This document shows positions 1 through 12,400 of a DNA stretch of 64,000 nucleotides, piece by piece. Within the stretch, counting starts at the first letter, position 1; every line of letters begins with the position of its first letter. The notes below the pieces were generated by a model that made no database searches, was not told the origin of the DNA, and saw only the letters and a program-made list of their open reading frames with translations. Origin of the DNA: Camelus dromedarius (Eukaryota); assembly GCF_036321535.1 (NCBI RefSeq), contig NC_087438.1, positions 7,318,001-7,382,000 on the forward strand, in the 5' to 3' direction. A program made the position numbers and the translations under genes.

Positions 1-740
1 CGTTTGTAATCTGTGAAGTTGAAATTTTACAGCAAAGGGAATTGTACAGTGAATCTCAGAAAGTGGTCATTAATTCCCTCCGCCCGCTGTGCAGTGTGCA
101 GCCGCTCTTGCAGACAGAACCAACATGACAAGTGAAATAGGGCTCTGAGGAGGTAGCATTCCCCCATCCACCCCGTTTTTGTTTTGTTTTGTGTGTTGTT
201 TCTAGCGCTGTACTTAGTACTGTAGTTGAGCGAAGTACGGGGTCTGCCTTCAGGGAGCCCAGTTAGAATGGAAAAGAACAGGATAATGAGCCAAAGATGC
301 TATTGTAGGTAGGGATAAAATGCCACGAGGAACACAGAGAAAGGATCCACCTGTGGAGTCTGTGATGACCTGGCTGTATCCTTGATTACTGTTTTGTATA
401 TGTCGTCACCCCTCGTCCCACATCCCACATGTCCTCTGTCACCCCCTGCAGTCTGCTTCTGCCAGTCCCATGTGGCACTAAAACTTCTTATGTCAACAGT
501 CAGTAACCTGGTGAGGCCCCTTTCTATAGCACTTCACGTTGTTTAATCATCATCTTTATGAAATTTCTTCCTTTACATAAGTAACAGTGCACTGTCTTTC
601 TGCTTTTCCATGTTTGTTTAGTAACTTTTCTTAAGGACAAGAAGCTTTATATCTGGGAACCCCATTCATTCCCTCCTTTGTTCTTTGCTTATCTGGATCA
701 GTCCCTTCTGCTAGCTGCACAGATTCATTGGTTTGATGGA

Positions 741-2011
741 GCAGAATAGACAGTCCAGAAATAGACCTACACATACATGGAGAGCTGCCTTTTCACAGAG
801 GTGCAGAAGTCCAATAAATGGTGCTGGAATAATTGAACATCCAGATGCAAGATTAAAAATTGATCCGTATCTCAAATTGGCAAAAATTAACTCAAAATGG
901 ACTGTAGTCCTAAATGTAAGATCCATAACTATATATGAAGAAGACAAAGCGGAAAATAATCCTGGGTTACAACCCCTAAAGCACCATCCATAGAAGAAGA
1001 ATTTGACGAATTGGGCTTTATCAATATTGAGAACATCTGCTCTTTGAAATACACGGTTTAGAAAACAAAAAGACAAGTCATGGAGTAGCAGAAAATGTTT
1101 ACAAAACATTTCTGATAAAGGAAACGCATTTGAAGTAAAGGAGTCTCTAAACTTGGTAGTAGGAAAACCTATTTGCCTATTTTAAAAAAATGGGCAAAAT
1201 ATTTAAATGTACTTCACTGCAAAGGATCAATAGACGGCAAGTAAACACATGAGAAAATGTTCAACATAATTAGCCATAAAGAAAATGCACATGAAAACTA
1301 CAGTGAGATGACCACTACACGTATATTAGAATGGCTAAAATTAAAAATACCATACGTACCATGTGATGGTGAGGACCTGGAGGGACTGGAACGCTCATAA
1401 CCTGCTGGAGGGAATGTAAAGTGGTACAGCTACGGGAGAGAGTTGGGCAGTTCTTTAAAGGGTAAAACACGTACTTACCACTATCGGTTATTTACCAAAA
1501 GAAAAGAAGGTTTAAGTCCTTATGAGGACTTAGACATGAGTGTTCAAAGTAGCTTTATTTGTAATAACCCAAAGCTGGAAACAACCCACGTGCTCATCAA
1601 CAGGTGAATGGATAAATGATTATCCATACAGTGGGATGTTGCTCAGCAACAAAAAGGAAATCACTATTGGTATATGCAACATGAACAAATCTCAAAATGA
1701 TTATGCTGGGTGAAAGTATACTAAAAATGTACAGTATGCTTTCCTTTATATAAAATTCTAGAAAATACAAAGTAACCTACGGAAGTCTAGAAAGCAGATC
1801 AGTGCGGGTGGGGCTTGGCAAGGAGGGACTCGGAGGGGTTTCAAAGGCACATAAACGGGGGGGGGGGGCGGAAGGATGCATGTGTGTGATGGACGCGTTC
1901 ACCATCTTGACGGTGTTCTGGTTTGACATGTATATACATCCCAGAACTTACAGAATTGTAGAGTTTATACTCGTGCAATTCATGCATGTTAATTACACCT
2001 CAATTTTTAAA
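741..2011 (+). mobile_element. Old LINE-1 (L1M-class) 3' portion: degenerate ORF2 end plus 3'UTR
   Basis: L1 hallmarks AATAGACAGTCCAGAAATAGACC, TGCTGGAGGGAATGTAAAGTGGTACAGC and GGAAACAACCCACGTGCTCATCAACAGGTGAATGGATAAA; no intact frame. Confidence 0.85.
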
Positions 2012-2199
2012 GTTATGTGTTCATACATTCTCTCCAACCTACCATTTCTCTTACCTCAGAGTGTCATCTCCTTTCTCACTTTTGGCTGATGATTTTTATT
2101 CATACTTCACTTAGAAGCAATCACAGAACTTTTCACAAGTTCACATTGTCTGGCCCATCACCCACTGTGTTTACTTTGCTCCAGGCAGCCTCTCCTTTT

Positions 2200-2543
2200 C
2201 AAACATCAGGGCCTTTGCACTTCTATTTGCCATGCCTTAATGTCTCCCCATCCTCATTTCTTTACTAAAATGTCTCTAAGGGAGGCTTATTTAAAATTGT
2301 AGCTACTGGGCCATTCCTCTGTTCTACTCTATTCTTCTCTTTCATATTTATCAACATGCTGTACAGTTTATCTATCTTGTTTACATTTGCATGTTTTCCC
2401 TCACTTGGAATGTAGGCTCCAGAGGTTTTTTTTTTTTTTTCCATTTTCCCTTAATTATTTGGGGATTACTACTGTATTCCAGGCAGTCTTGGGATATATT
2501 TGGCATTCAATAAATATTGTTGAGTAAATAAATGAATGAATGA
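2200..2543 (+). mobile_element. LINE-2 3' end fragment
   Basis: Ends in the L2 tail TTCAATAAATATTGTTGAGTAAATAAATGAATGAATGA. Confidence 0.7.
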
Positions 2544-4005
2544 GAACCAAAATAATGTATATATGATTAAAATAAAATCTGAAAGCCATCCTCCAGAGGT
2601 GAGCACTGTCGGTAGTGTGGTGTCTGCTTCCAGGCTGTGCTCTCCATAAGCATAGGTTCACGGACTCTTTTATCCCCACAGGTGCACACGCCCTGGGCTG
2701 CACTGCATGGTGTTCTTTCACCGTTTCTGAACATCTGTTTGTGTCAGTACATAAGTAGCTACCCCATTAAAAATTTTGGCTGTATTGTGTTCCATTGTGC
2801 GGGTAAGGTTATGATTTAAGTTTTCTGAAAGTTAACTCATTTTATTATACGCTATAGTAAACATTGTTGTCCATATTACTTTACTAGTATTTCTGTAGGC
2901 TAGTATTCCTGTAGGATAACTTCCTAGAAGTAAGGCTGCTAAATCATTAAACATGTTTAAAGTGCCACATGGCCCCCAAATATACCAGTTAACACTCCTC
3001 TCTCCTCAGTGTATGAGGTTCCTCGTTTTCCCATATCATCAACATTAAATATTGCCTGTGTTCAGTTTTGCAAATAACCGTTAATTTGGAAATGTGTGTG
3101 TCTTCATTTGGTAGGAAAGTTGCCCAGAGAGAGGAGTTGTGTTTAGAGCTTGATGTCTCTAGGAAAGGAAGGTGGGCTTGTCATCTTGGCCACTCCTGGA
3201 AATAGCTCATTCTAGTTATCTTCTTGTCAAGCGGAAGTGGGTCTCAGGGCTTGTTTCATTTAGTGTGAGTGTTAAGGGCAGCTGCAGCAGCTGGCCAGGC
3301 TAGGTTCACACCTTGTATGCTGTCCTGGTCAGAAAGGAACAGTTTCTCCTACCCAAAGCTACCGTTTGGGAAAAGGTGGCTTATTTTCTCCTAGACCCAA
3401 TTAGATTGGCTCAACCACCCTATCTTACTTAGGAAAACAAGTTAAATAGAATCTTCTTTTTGGCTGGAAACTGCCCACTAAGTGGCTTTTAAATAGCGAT
3501 CTGAAAAATGAGTACACTAAGGGGTACTGATTGGGCAGTGGGAACAGCATGTGCGAAGGCACTGAGGTCGCACACATCTTGGACAAACTGCAGGGGCACG
3601 TGGAGGATGAACCAAGCCCGCCGGGAAAGCAGGGGCCAAATTCCTTTAGGGAGACTCGTGCTGCGTGCGGAGACAGGCCTCCACCGTTTTGCTTCCTACT
3701 TTGGAGGACACAAGGCATATCTTGTTTCAAAGCTTCGCGGAGACTGAGCAAAGGAAAGGGGCGGGGGAGGGTCCTTTGTGAATTCGCTGCTCACATTTGG
3801 CAGTGGAAAATCGATCAAATGGACCTTTCGTAAGTGAAACGTTCCTCTTGTGAAGCTGTAAACTGTTAATACTAAGCCGGGGTGGGGTCAAAGCCAAACT
3901 GCGCAAATGCATTGCGCCTCCCAACCCGCGCTGGAGGGAGACCAGTCTCCATCCGGGGCTTGTGCGCGTGTGCGGCCCCAGGGGGCGGGGCCCGCGCGCG
4001 TCTCG

Positions 4006-4018
4006 GTTGCCTGGATAC
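4006..4018. promoter_or_regulatory. RFX-binding X-box
   Basis: GTTGCCTGGATAC resembles the GTNRCC-N(0-3)-RGYAAC X-box typical of ciliary gene promoters; lies in the CpG island upstream of the putative first exon. Confidence 0.7.
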
Positions 4019-4121
4019 CGCTGCGCAACAATAGCCGCGGCTTGCGCTCCAGTTGCAGGTCTGAGCTTATAGCTAGAGCCGGCGGTTGGCCCTCATTTCC
4101 GAGGAGCCCGAAGAGGCGCGG

Positions 4122-4334
4122 GTAAGAGCCCTCGCCAGCCGCCCATGCCTCGTGAAGCCGGCCTGTTGGGTCGCCCCCAAACTTAAGACTCCCCGACTAG
4201 GCTCCAAAATCGGGAGCGCAGATCCCGGCCTGGCCCCAAACCCGGAGGGCCAGCGGCCCGGCCTCTGAACCCGTTGGCCGTCGCGGCTGTCCGGGCGCCC
4301 CAGGCTGACCCAACCGCCCTTCCTCCCTCCGCAG
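4122..4334 (+). other. ROPN1L: Putative 5'UTR intron of ROPN1L (213 nt)
   Basis: Donor CGG|GTAAGA at 4122, branch point CTGAC 4305-4309, polypyrimidine tract CCCTTCCTCCCTCCG, acceptor CAG 4332-4334, 44 nt before the ATG. Confidence 0.6.
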
Positions 4335-4378
4335 CACACCTAGATTCTTCCCAGCCCAGTCCTGGCCTGCGGAGAGCG

Positions 4379-4509
4379 ATGCCGCTTCCCGACACCATGT
4401 TCTGCGCGCAGCAGATCCACATTCCCCCGGAACTGCCGGACATCCTGAAGCAGTTCACCAAGGCTGCCATCCGCACCCAGCCCGCCGACGTGCTGCAGTG
4501 GTCCGCGGG
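4379..4509 (+). CDS. ROPN1L: Ropporin-1-like protein, coding exon 1 (RIIa D/D domain)
   Basis: MPLPDTMFCAQQIHIPPELPDILKQFTKAAIRTQPADVLQWSAG; donor GG|GTAAGC at 4510 (phase 2). Confidence 0.96.
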
Positions 4510-5295
4510 GTAAGCGCCCCGGGGCCAGCGCCTGGGAGAGCCGGCCGGTCCCCGTGCCCAGTCCTGCCTAGTGAATCCTCCTTCCTGGGCCAGTGGTCCA
4601 ACGCTCAGGACACTTAGAGTACCGGCAAAACTTTCACTTTAGCATTGATGGTATCTACAACCTAAGTATCTATCTAGGAAGCATCGTGGTTTACTGACCA
4701 CGAGACCAGAAAGTACTGCAAAATGTTCATTTATGTACAAAGCAATGACAACTCCGTCGTTGGAGAGTGGTATTTACTCAGGGAGCCTAAAATTTATAAA
4801 GGTTACACTGGGTGAAAAGTTTCAGCATGATATTATAAAATCTATCACTGTCCCTTTATTTTATTTGTAAAATGATTTTTACAAGGTGGAATCTTACGGT
4901 TATATTCCTTGTCTTCAGAGAATCCTTCCAGGACTAGGTGCCACTTGAGCTTATTGGAACCAGAGGGACGGAGGTCATGCTGGGGTAATCATCCCAAGGC
5001 TACTATAAGGTTAAACTCTGCCCAGCTTAGTTTACAGCATGTGAGGCTCCAGTTTCTTGCAGTAAAACATTCTAACCATCAGGAACAGACACTAACCTTT
5101 TTAAAGTCACAAGTCAACAGACCTTAGAACGATTAAAATAAACCCTGTTGATTTTACAGGAAAGCTCCTTGCCCTTTTTCAGTAAGCAGACTTAGACAAT
5201 TCTGTAATCACAAGAATCAGTATAAATTTAACTTAATTTTTTTTTGTAATTAGCTTGTCGAATTCTGCTGACCTTCTTTATACTGAACGACTAAA

Positions 5296-5760
5296 GTGAA
5301 TCAGTTTCCTGTGACTACTGTAACAAATAACCACCAAACACAACGGCTGAAAACAGCAGTTTATTCTCCTACAGGTCTGGAAGCCAAAAAGCCAAAGTCA
5401 GTTTCACCAGCTTACAGTCAAGGTGCCGGCGGGGCTGTGCTCTCTCTGGAGGCTCCCGGGAGAACCCGTCCCTCTGCTGGCCTTTTCCAGCTCCTAGAGC
5501 TGCATTCCTTTGCATTCCTTGTATTGTTTGGCTCCTGACCCCTTCCTCGATCTTCAGAAGTACCGTGACATCTTCTGCCTCCCTCTTCTAGGGACATTTG
5601 CGATTGCTTTTAGGAACCACACAGATGACCCACGATAATCTTCCCATCTCAAAATCTTCACTCACGTTGGCAAACTCCCTGTTACAATGTAAAAGAGGAT
5701 CCACAGCTTCCGGGATTAAGACCAAGATATCTTTGGTATATTTTGGACCAGGATATCTTA
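5296..5760 (-). mobile_element. MLT1 (MaLR) solo LTR
   Basis: TCAGTTTCCTGTGACTACTGTAACAAATAACCACCAAAC...GATAATCTTCCCATCTCAAAATCTT resembles the reverse complement of MLT1. Confidence 0.75.
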
Positions 5761-6675
5761 TTGTACCTACCATGCGAGGCTACTGGTTAATCCAGCACTT
5801 TGCCTTGGGACAAGTGCTTCTGTCAATTGCTTCTGAAAGACTCAAGGTTCTTGCCCAAAATTGTGGCTTCTGGTTTTAACCATTATTCAAGCCTAAATGA
5901 AAGATACGGCTCAGAAGAGTTTAGGCATACTCTACAAAACATTCCAAGATATAATCATTTTTTCTTGGAACATTATATTTGGTAACGCTTTAGAGAAAAC
6001 TATTTTAAGCTTCACGTTAAAAGGCTTAATCGAGAACTTTCTGAATGTTCCATGCAACTGATTTCTCTCAAGAACAATTTTGGAGTTTAGGAGAAAAAGC
6101 AAGCATAATTTAATGCTTTATCTTTAAATATATCCAAAGCATTAAAATATATTTAAAGCATTATTTTTGTGCAGTGTGTGCACAGTGGGCTCCATGTGTC
6201 CCGATGCTCTCAGAGGAGAATGTGTCATGGAGAGATGCTGTTCAGAAGAAGGTGAATTGGTCTTTAAAAGAATTCGTAGGCAAGAGATTGGGGTTAAGAC
6301 CAGGCAGAAGAGGAAACAGCTTATGAACACAGGGGCCGTGGCAAGGAAAAAACAACTGAAAACAAAGCAGGAAAGCAGGCTGCATGTGGAAGCGACTCCA
6401 CCTGGAAGGCCCAGGCAGGCTTTCGGGGGAGGGTTCTTTCCAGGTGAGGTTGGCAGGAGGCAGAGCTGAGTCAGGCTGGGCCCCTAGCCTCTGCTGTGTC
6501 ACAGCAACTAATAGGCGGGACCTTATTTTGTCACCATTGTGACATAATGCCATTGTGGATCTGATGCTGTGATGGCAGCAGGAACCAGTCAGGTCCTAAA
6601 GGCTTTTGCTCACCTGCGCCTTGAGAAACAACACACTCGAGAGCATGAGGCCCTAGTTGGCCTGGCCACTCAGGC

Positions 6676-6888
6676 CAGCTTCCCCGCCTCGGCACTATTG
6701 ACGCTTTGGACTGGCCAGCTCTTTGCGGGGTGTGTGGTGTCCTGTGCATTGTGGATCCTCAGCAGCCTGTGAGATGCCCGTAACACCATCCACCCCAGGT
6801 TGTGAACAACCAAAATGGTCTCCAGACGCTGCCAGTGCCTCCTGGGGGTGGGGGCAGGACCAAGATCGCCCCCTCTTGAGAAGCACGG
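6676..6888. mobile_element. MER20 (hAT-Charlie) DNA transposon relic
   Basis: CCTCGGCACTATTGAC...GTCCTGTGCATTGT...ACAACCAAAATGGTCTCCAGAC...TTGAGAAGCAC follows the MER20 consensus. Confidence 0.8.
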
Positions 6889-8066
6889 CTCGAGAGGCTG
6901 CATCGGCCGGGTGATGGGTTTGATGGGTTATGGGGAGTAAAGTCCACGAAATAGGTGAAAACCCTAATTAGGAACGTGGCAAAACTAAGCACCCGTCCCT
7001 GACCCTGGCCCTCTCGGTCCTCAGGTCCATCTGCTGCTTTCCTTTTGACTTTCCCTCGAACCATTAAGTTAACAAAATATGACTGGACTGTCTTAACAGC
7101 ATGAAAGCAAAGTTGAATTTGAGGGATGGAGAGAAAAAAATAGGAGAGATGTAAAATTTCTTTTAGCCTATCAGACACCTATTTATCTACATTTTGTTAC
7201 CTGTTCAGAGATGTTTCTAATTACTCTTATCTTCAGCGGTCACCTGTGGCCCTGGACGATTCAGTATTTGATTTTCCTGGGTATGTCATTTCTTTGGTGG
7301 TGGTAAAGTCACGAGGGTGGCAGATGATGTGACTTAGCGGCCTGCGTCCACTGGCATGTGCCCAAGGGGGTGAGTTTTGCAGAAGACGCTGCTGGCACCC
7401 CCAGCCCTACCCTAACCGGTGCCCCCTGGTTGTCGCCCCATCCTGACTTATTGCCCCAAGCTGTCTCCATGCCCTACTTGTCCCACTGTTAGCTGTTCAT
7501 GTCCCAGAAAGGAATGGTCAAGAGAAAAAAACACTGAAAACAAACAAACAAACAAACAAAAACAGGCAGGAAAAGTGAAGGGTGAGGGAGGGTGACGCCT
7601 GATTTAGACAATCAGGAGATTTCCTTTTCTGGGCGCCTTGGAGCTGAGTAGGCAGAGATGCTTGAAATTAAACCCTTCAAAATGCAGGGCTGAGACGCCA
7701 GCTGTCAAAGTGGCATGATTAGACCACGACCTTGCACTTGGGGCATGTGGGGCCCTGACTTTCACCTCCTCTGGAAGCATCTCAGACCCCATGTGGCGTT
7801 TGCTGGGTAAGAGGACCACATGTTACGGGAGCCCCAGGAGTGCCGGGCGGGGTCCCTAAGACTGGGGCTGTCACCCCCGCTGTGCAGAGGACCTGAGGCC
7901 CACAGAGACAGGGAGGGCGGAGGGCTGTGTGGAGGAGCCCGGCCCCAGCCGGCGGAGCGCACCCAGCGTGCTGCTCCCTGATCACCGTCTCCCTCTGGAG
8001 TTGTTGATGAAAGCGGGTGACTTCAAGGGCTGGTTGTGGCGCTTCAGCGATGTCTGTTGTTGTTAG

Positions 8067-8190
8067 GTATTTCTCAGCTTTGTCAAGAGGAGACCCGCTT
8101 CCTGTAAAGGACAGAATCGAAATGCCGGTGGCCACTCAGAAAACAGACACAGGCCTGACGCAAGGACTCCTCAAAGTTCTGCACAAGCAG
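8067..8190 (+). CDS. ROPN1L: Ropporin-1-like protein, coding exon 2
   Basis: Acceptor TTGTTAG| and donor CAG|GTATGA; encodes (G)YFSALSRGDPLPVKDRIEMPVATQKTDTGLTQGLLKVLHKQ. Confidence 0.96.
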
Positions 8191-9329
8191 GTATGAGGGT
8201 CTTTGTTACCAGCCAGCTGAACTTAAGACAAAGCCTGGCAGAAACCTCCACCATCTCCACACAAGCCCACCGATAAAACTTCAAGGTTTATTCAAAGAAG
8301 GAATTTTGCGTTCAGTGGCCTTTCTCTGGTTTAAGGAACCCAAAATAGCTGTTTCTGATTATATAGAAATATAGTTTCTTTTAAATACCAAATTAAGATG
8401 CTAGGTGCTGCGGGACTTTAAAAAAAAAGGTCTGAAAACATGGAATTCCAGGCATGGGGGTTGTTGCTAAGATCGTTCTTGAAATATAAGAACAGTGCTA
8501 AGGGGATAATCTGCCACTTACTTCATCTGAAGGTCCGACTGCCGTCCTGAGGGCCCTGGGGACCCACCTTCTCACCTGGAGGGTTAATAGGAAGTGTGTT
8601 TTATCAGAGTGGCTGGGCCACTTTGCTAAAAGCAACGTCAGGGGAACAGCCCTGGTTTTTAAAGTGACTCGTCCCCATGATACGTCCTGAGGTCCTGTGT
8701 TCCTGTCCAGGATACAGTGACTTCTGAAAACAGGATTTTCCCATGGCTCCCTATTTTAAGGGAAAATGAATAACCACTGGAAAGGGGTAGTTTGGGAAAA
8801 GACATGACGAAATTGCTCAAAGCTCTCTCACACAGGAGCGCTAGCAGATCACGGAAGTTACTAATTTTCGTAGGTTGTCTAAAATAGGAGGAATACATTG
8901 ATTTTCAGGTTTAAGATTACTCCCATTTAGCTGTTCACATGTTGAGGGATTGGATTTCATTTGATTTCCTGAAGTTTATTTTTATTGTGAAGTGTTTCCA
9001 ACCATAGAGAATCATGTATGTACCCAATGCCTATACACCCATAATGTTAGTAAGTCATAACATGAGGCCGTATTTGCTTCACAGCCCTTTTGTCTTTTAA
9101 GAAGTAACTTGTTGCTGATCTCTAGTTCCCAGCCCCTCTCCCTCCCCGCGCACCCCTCCCCCACTGCCTCTCTCCACCCCTCCTCCCCTGGGCTAACGGT
9201 GCAGTGGATTCAGAGTTCTTCCCTGGACAGGGATGGGTGCTCCGACTCTATTCAAATATTCACAAGCGTTATATTACTTTGTGGATCTTTTAAACTTACC
9301 TAGATTGTCATGCTCTGTTTTCTCAACAG

Positions 9330-9491
9330 TGTAGCCACAAGGAATATGTGGAATTAGCAGATCTTGAGCAGAAATGGAAAAATCTGTGCCTGCCAGGGGA
9401 AAAATTCAGAGCTGTCTTGGAGTTGGATCCTTGCAAAAACAAAATTGAATGGATAAAATTTTTAGCGCTTGGATGTAGCATGCTTGGTGGG
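9330..9491 (+). CDS. ROPN1L: Ropporin-1-like protein, coding exon 3
   Basis: Acceptor TTTTCTCAACAG| and donor GGG|GTACGT; encodes CSHKEYVELADLEQKWKNLCLPGEKFRAVLELDPCKNKIEWIKFLALGCSMLGG. Confidence 0.96.
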
Positions 9492-12400
9492 GTACGTACC
9501 TATAAATGGCATATTGATAATTCTGTGTAATCATAGGCTCAGCTTAAAATAACAGGTGTTTAAGAAACTGAAAGAATACTTTCATTACGTTAGTAATTTT
9601 GTCTTCCAAAGACCATTTTTTTTCCAGATGTTTATTGTATTTTAGGCTTATAGTTACTTTATTTACAGAAGTTCAATACATAGGAATGCTTCAATTTAAA
9701 AGACATTAACAGTAGACAAAATACATAGATGCTGTTAAAATACATTTAGGTCTTAGAAGAGAATGCATCAATGATTTTTATTAAATGATATGTCATTTTG
9801 GTCACACCTGTTTCCTCATCTTGTGCAAAGTTATTTTGTACAGTTATTTTGGTTTTTAGTTAAAATGTGTTATTAGTAACTAACAGATAAGGTGCCACCT
9901 TGCTGATGTTCAAGTACAACCCATCCGACTTCAGAATGGAGGCGCAGGCGTCCCTGCCTGCGTGAACTGAGCGGGTGGGGTGGGAGGGAGCGAGTGGGGC
10001 TGGGAGGACTTTGGCAAGACTTCCTTCGGGAATCTGGAATCTGGAATCTCTCTTTAGCTCAAGTGTTTGAGTTGTCCTGAGAGACATGGGGTCAAGTGCA
10101 GGGAGAGTTACCACTTTAAGTTTGTAAAGAAAGGGGTTGAGAAAAGAGAGCTAGCTCCCTTCACTGCAGACACAGCACACTTTCCTGCCCCCGCCCTTCA
10201 GTCTCTGGCCCAGAGCACGTAACTTGACAGTTCACAGTCCTTGCTTCACGGGATGCCCTCATCCCAGGTCCATGCCTAAGCCTCCTTAATTCCATTTTAA
10301 CTTTCCGGAATTACCTTCTGTAATGCTACCTACCATGACCGCTAACACAGCTAATACCTGCAACTGACCTGCGCCCCAGCCCCCGCCACCCCCAGCCCCG
10401 GGCTCATGCTTCCGGGATCATACACGTCCTCCAAGAAATATATTATTTAATTGTAGTTGGCTTTAACTTTATGGAAAGGTAATCATGTTGTTACTAATCT
10501 CCTGGAGCTTTCTTCATTCCCAATTAGAGTTCTCTATTTATTCATCTGGATCATTATTGACCACTGTACTGCATTCATTTCCTCTGCTGAGCAGTATCCG
10601 CTGTGTGACTTCACTACAATTCAGCAGTGCCATTCATTGCCCCAGGGAGAAGAGCGGAGACCCCGGTAAAGCCAGGCGTTAGGCTGAGCGCTGCGATGAC
10701 TTTTTTTTGTGTAACTGCCCGCGGGTGTTTCCAGTCAGCCCTGGGCTGGCTGTGCCGGAGAGGTGGTCACCTCGCACCAAGTGCCCTCCTGTGGGCTCAG
10801 AAGTTGCTGGGGAGAATCCCAGGGGGTGTTACTGAGAAGGACAAAGGCAAATTTAGTTATTGGAGAAAATTTTATGTTGCTTTGTTCATCTGGAACTCTG
10901 TGAAAGTGTGATTTTAATAATACAAAATGAATAACTAATATTTTATTTTATGATTTGTGCCTCTAAACTTTGTTGTGAAGTTTAGACTTTATAAGTGATG
11001 AAAAAATCAGAATATTTCACATTTGGGAGATCCATCTTTGTAATTTCTACCTCCCTAATCAGGAGAATTAGGCACTAAATTTAAAACCAAACCAACTCTG
11101 TTTTGCAAGATAAGGCCTCTTATGCACGGGCAGTATGTGACGCTAGATGGAGACATTTGTTAAGGGTGGAGCCTCCTCTAAACTGAATACCCGGGAAGGG
11201 ACGGATAAACAGCGCAAACCTGTCACTTACCCCATCAGCCAGTGTGGGATCCCGCCCTGTCCCCTAACTGAGCCTTCTCTGCCCGTGGTCTCTGCTGTTG
11301 GCCTTTGACTCTCTCCTGGGCCCGGGGCCCCTTCCCGCTGTGGGAACCGCTGGGAGGAGGTTCAAGTGTGAAAGCCTCCTGCTCCTGCTTCTCTGCCAGG
11401 TCAAGCTCACAGCCTGGGATGCCAGCTCTGCCCTGGCCCATCCCCCGCCCCCACCAAGTGCAGAGCAAACAGCCGTGCTCTGGGGCTGCAGGGGCCGGAG
11501 GGCACCAGGCGCTATGCTGGGACTTGCTTTGGTGCTGTGCTGTGTGCCCACGTTTGGGGAATAGCCAGGAGGTTCTTACCTGGCGCTGTGATTTCTGGGG
11601 TATGGTGCTTCATGCAGTTTGGCATCTTAGCATTTATGCTTAAAAACAAAAGAATACAAAAAAACCCCAGCCTCCAGAAAGGAGCCAATGAAGAAGTGAA
11701 GCGAGGTGGGCAGGAGTAATTTACAGTGGCTTCTCTGCACGTAGGATGCTGTCAGGTTGGCATCCAGTCGCTCTGCGTCGACGTGACGGAGTGAGTCCTG
11801 CTGCTCAGGCTGCGGCGTCTCCCGGCTCGTGGCAGACACACTCTCCGAGCTCTTCGGTTTCTCTTCCAGGTCACTCCAGTTGGATGGATTAAGTTCTCTG
11901 CAGAGACTCGAAACCCTGCTCAAATTTCTGAGCCACACGCATCATTCATCCTTCGTTCCTTCCATGGATGTCTGTCGAGCCCTGTTCTAGGGGGCCTTGC
12001 TCTGGGTGCTGAGGGTTCTGAGCAAGCAAGACAGGCAGGCAGCCCGTGCCTGTGTGGCCGCCGTTGTGACATCCCCGAAGCCCTGAGCGCTGCTCTGGTT
12101 CTCACATCGAAAGCCACAAATGGGGCTGGAGCGTGGGGCGAAGGGGCCCCAGGCAGGTTGGCTGTGCGGTGCTGCCCTGGGGAAGCAATCACAGGTCTAT
12201 GCTGTGGCCTCCACCTTACGTTCCTGCAGCACCATCAGTGATATTAAGCATTAAAGAGGTGGATCAACACTTTTCATTTTGTTTTTTAAGCATGGAGATC
12301 TTTCTCATAACATGAAAAATGTATGAACCAAGTCCTCCTCCCCGGCTCCACACACACTTACGGAGAAAGTACGTAATGGCAAGCTACGGGCCTGACTCGG

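Larger units (their letters stand above)
3880..4560. promoter_or_regulatory. ROPN1L: CpG-island promoter of ROPN1L
   Basis: Dense CpG/GC-rich stretch over the first coding exon; GC box GGGGGCGGGG at 3981-3990; GCGC-rich NRF1-like motifs near 3900 and 3963. Confidence 0.85.

Noticed and set aside
1..700. 3' end of an upstream neighbour gene (MARCHF6 by recalled human synteny)
   Set aside because: No coding exon or clear poly(A) signal recognisable in the sequence
1857..1871. Long G run as a functional G-quadruplex (also the C run near 27457)
   Set aside because: Homopolymer inside or near repeat DNA, prone to slippage or sequencing error; no supporting context
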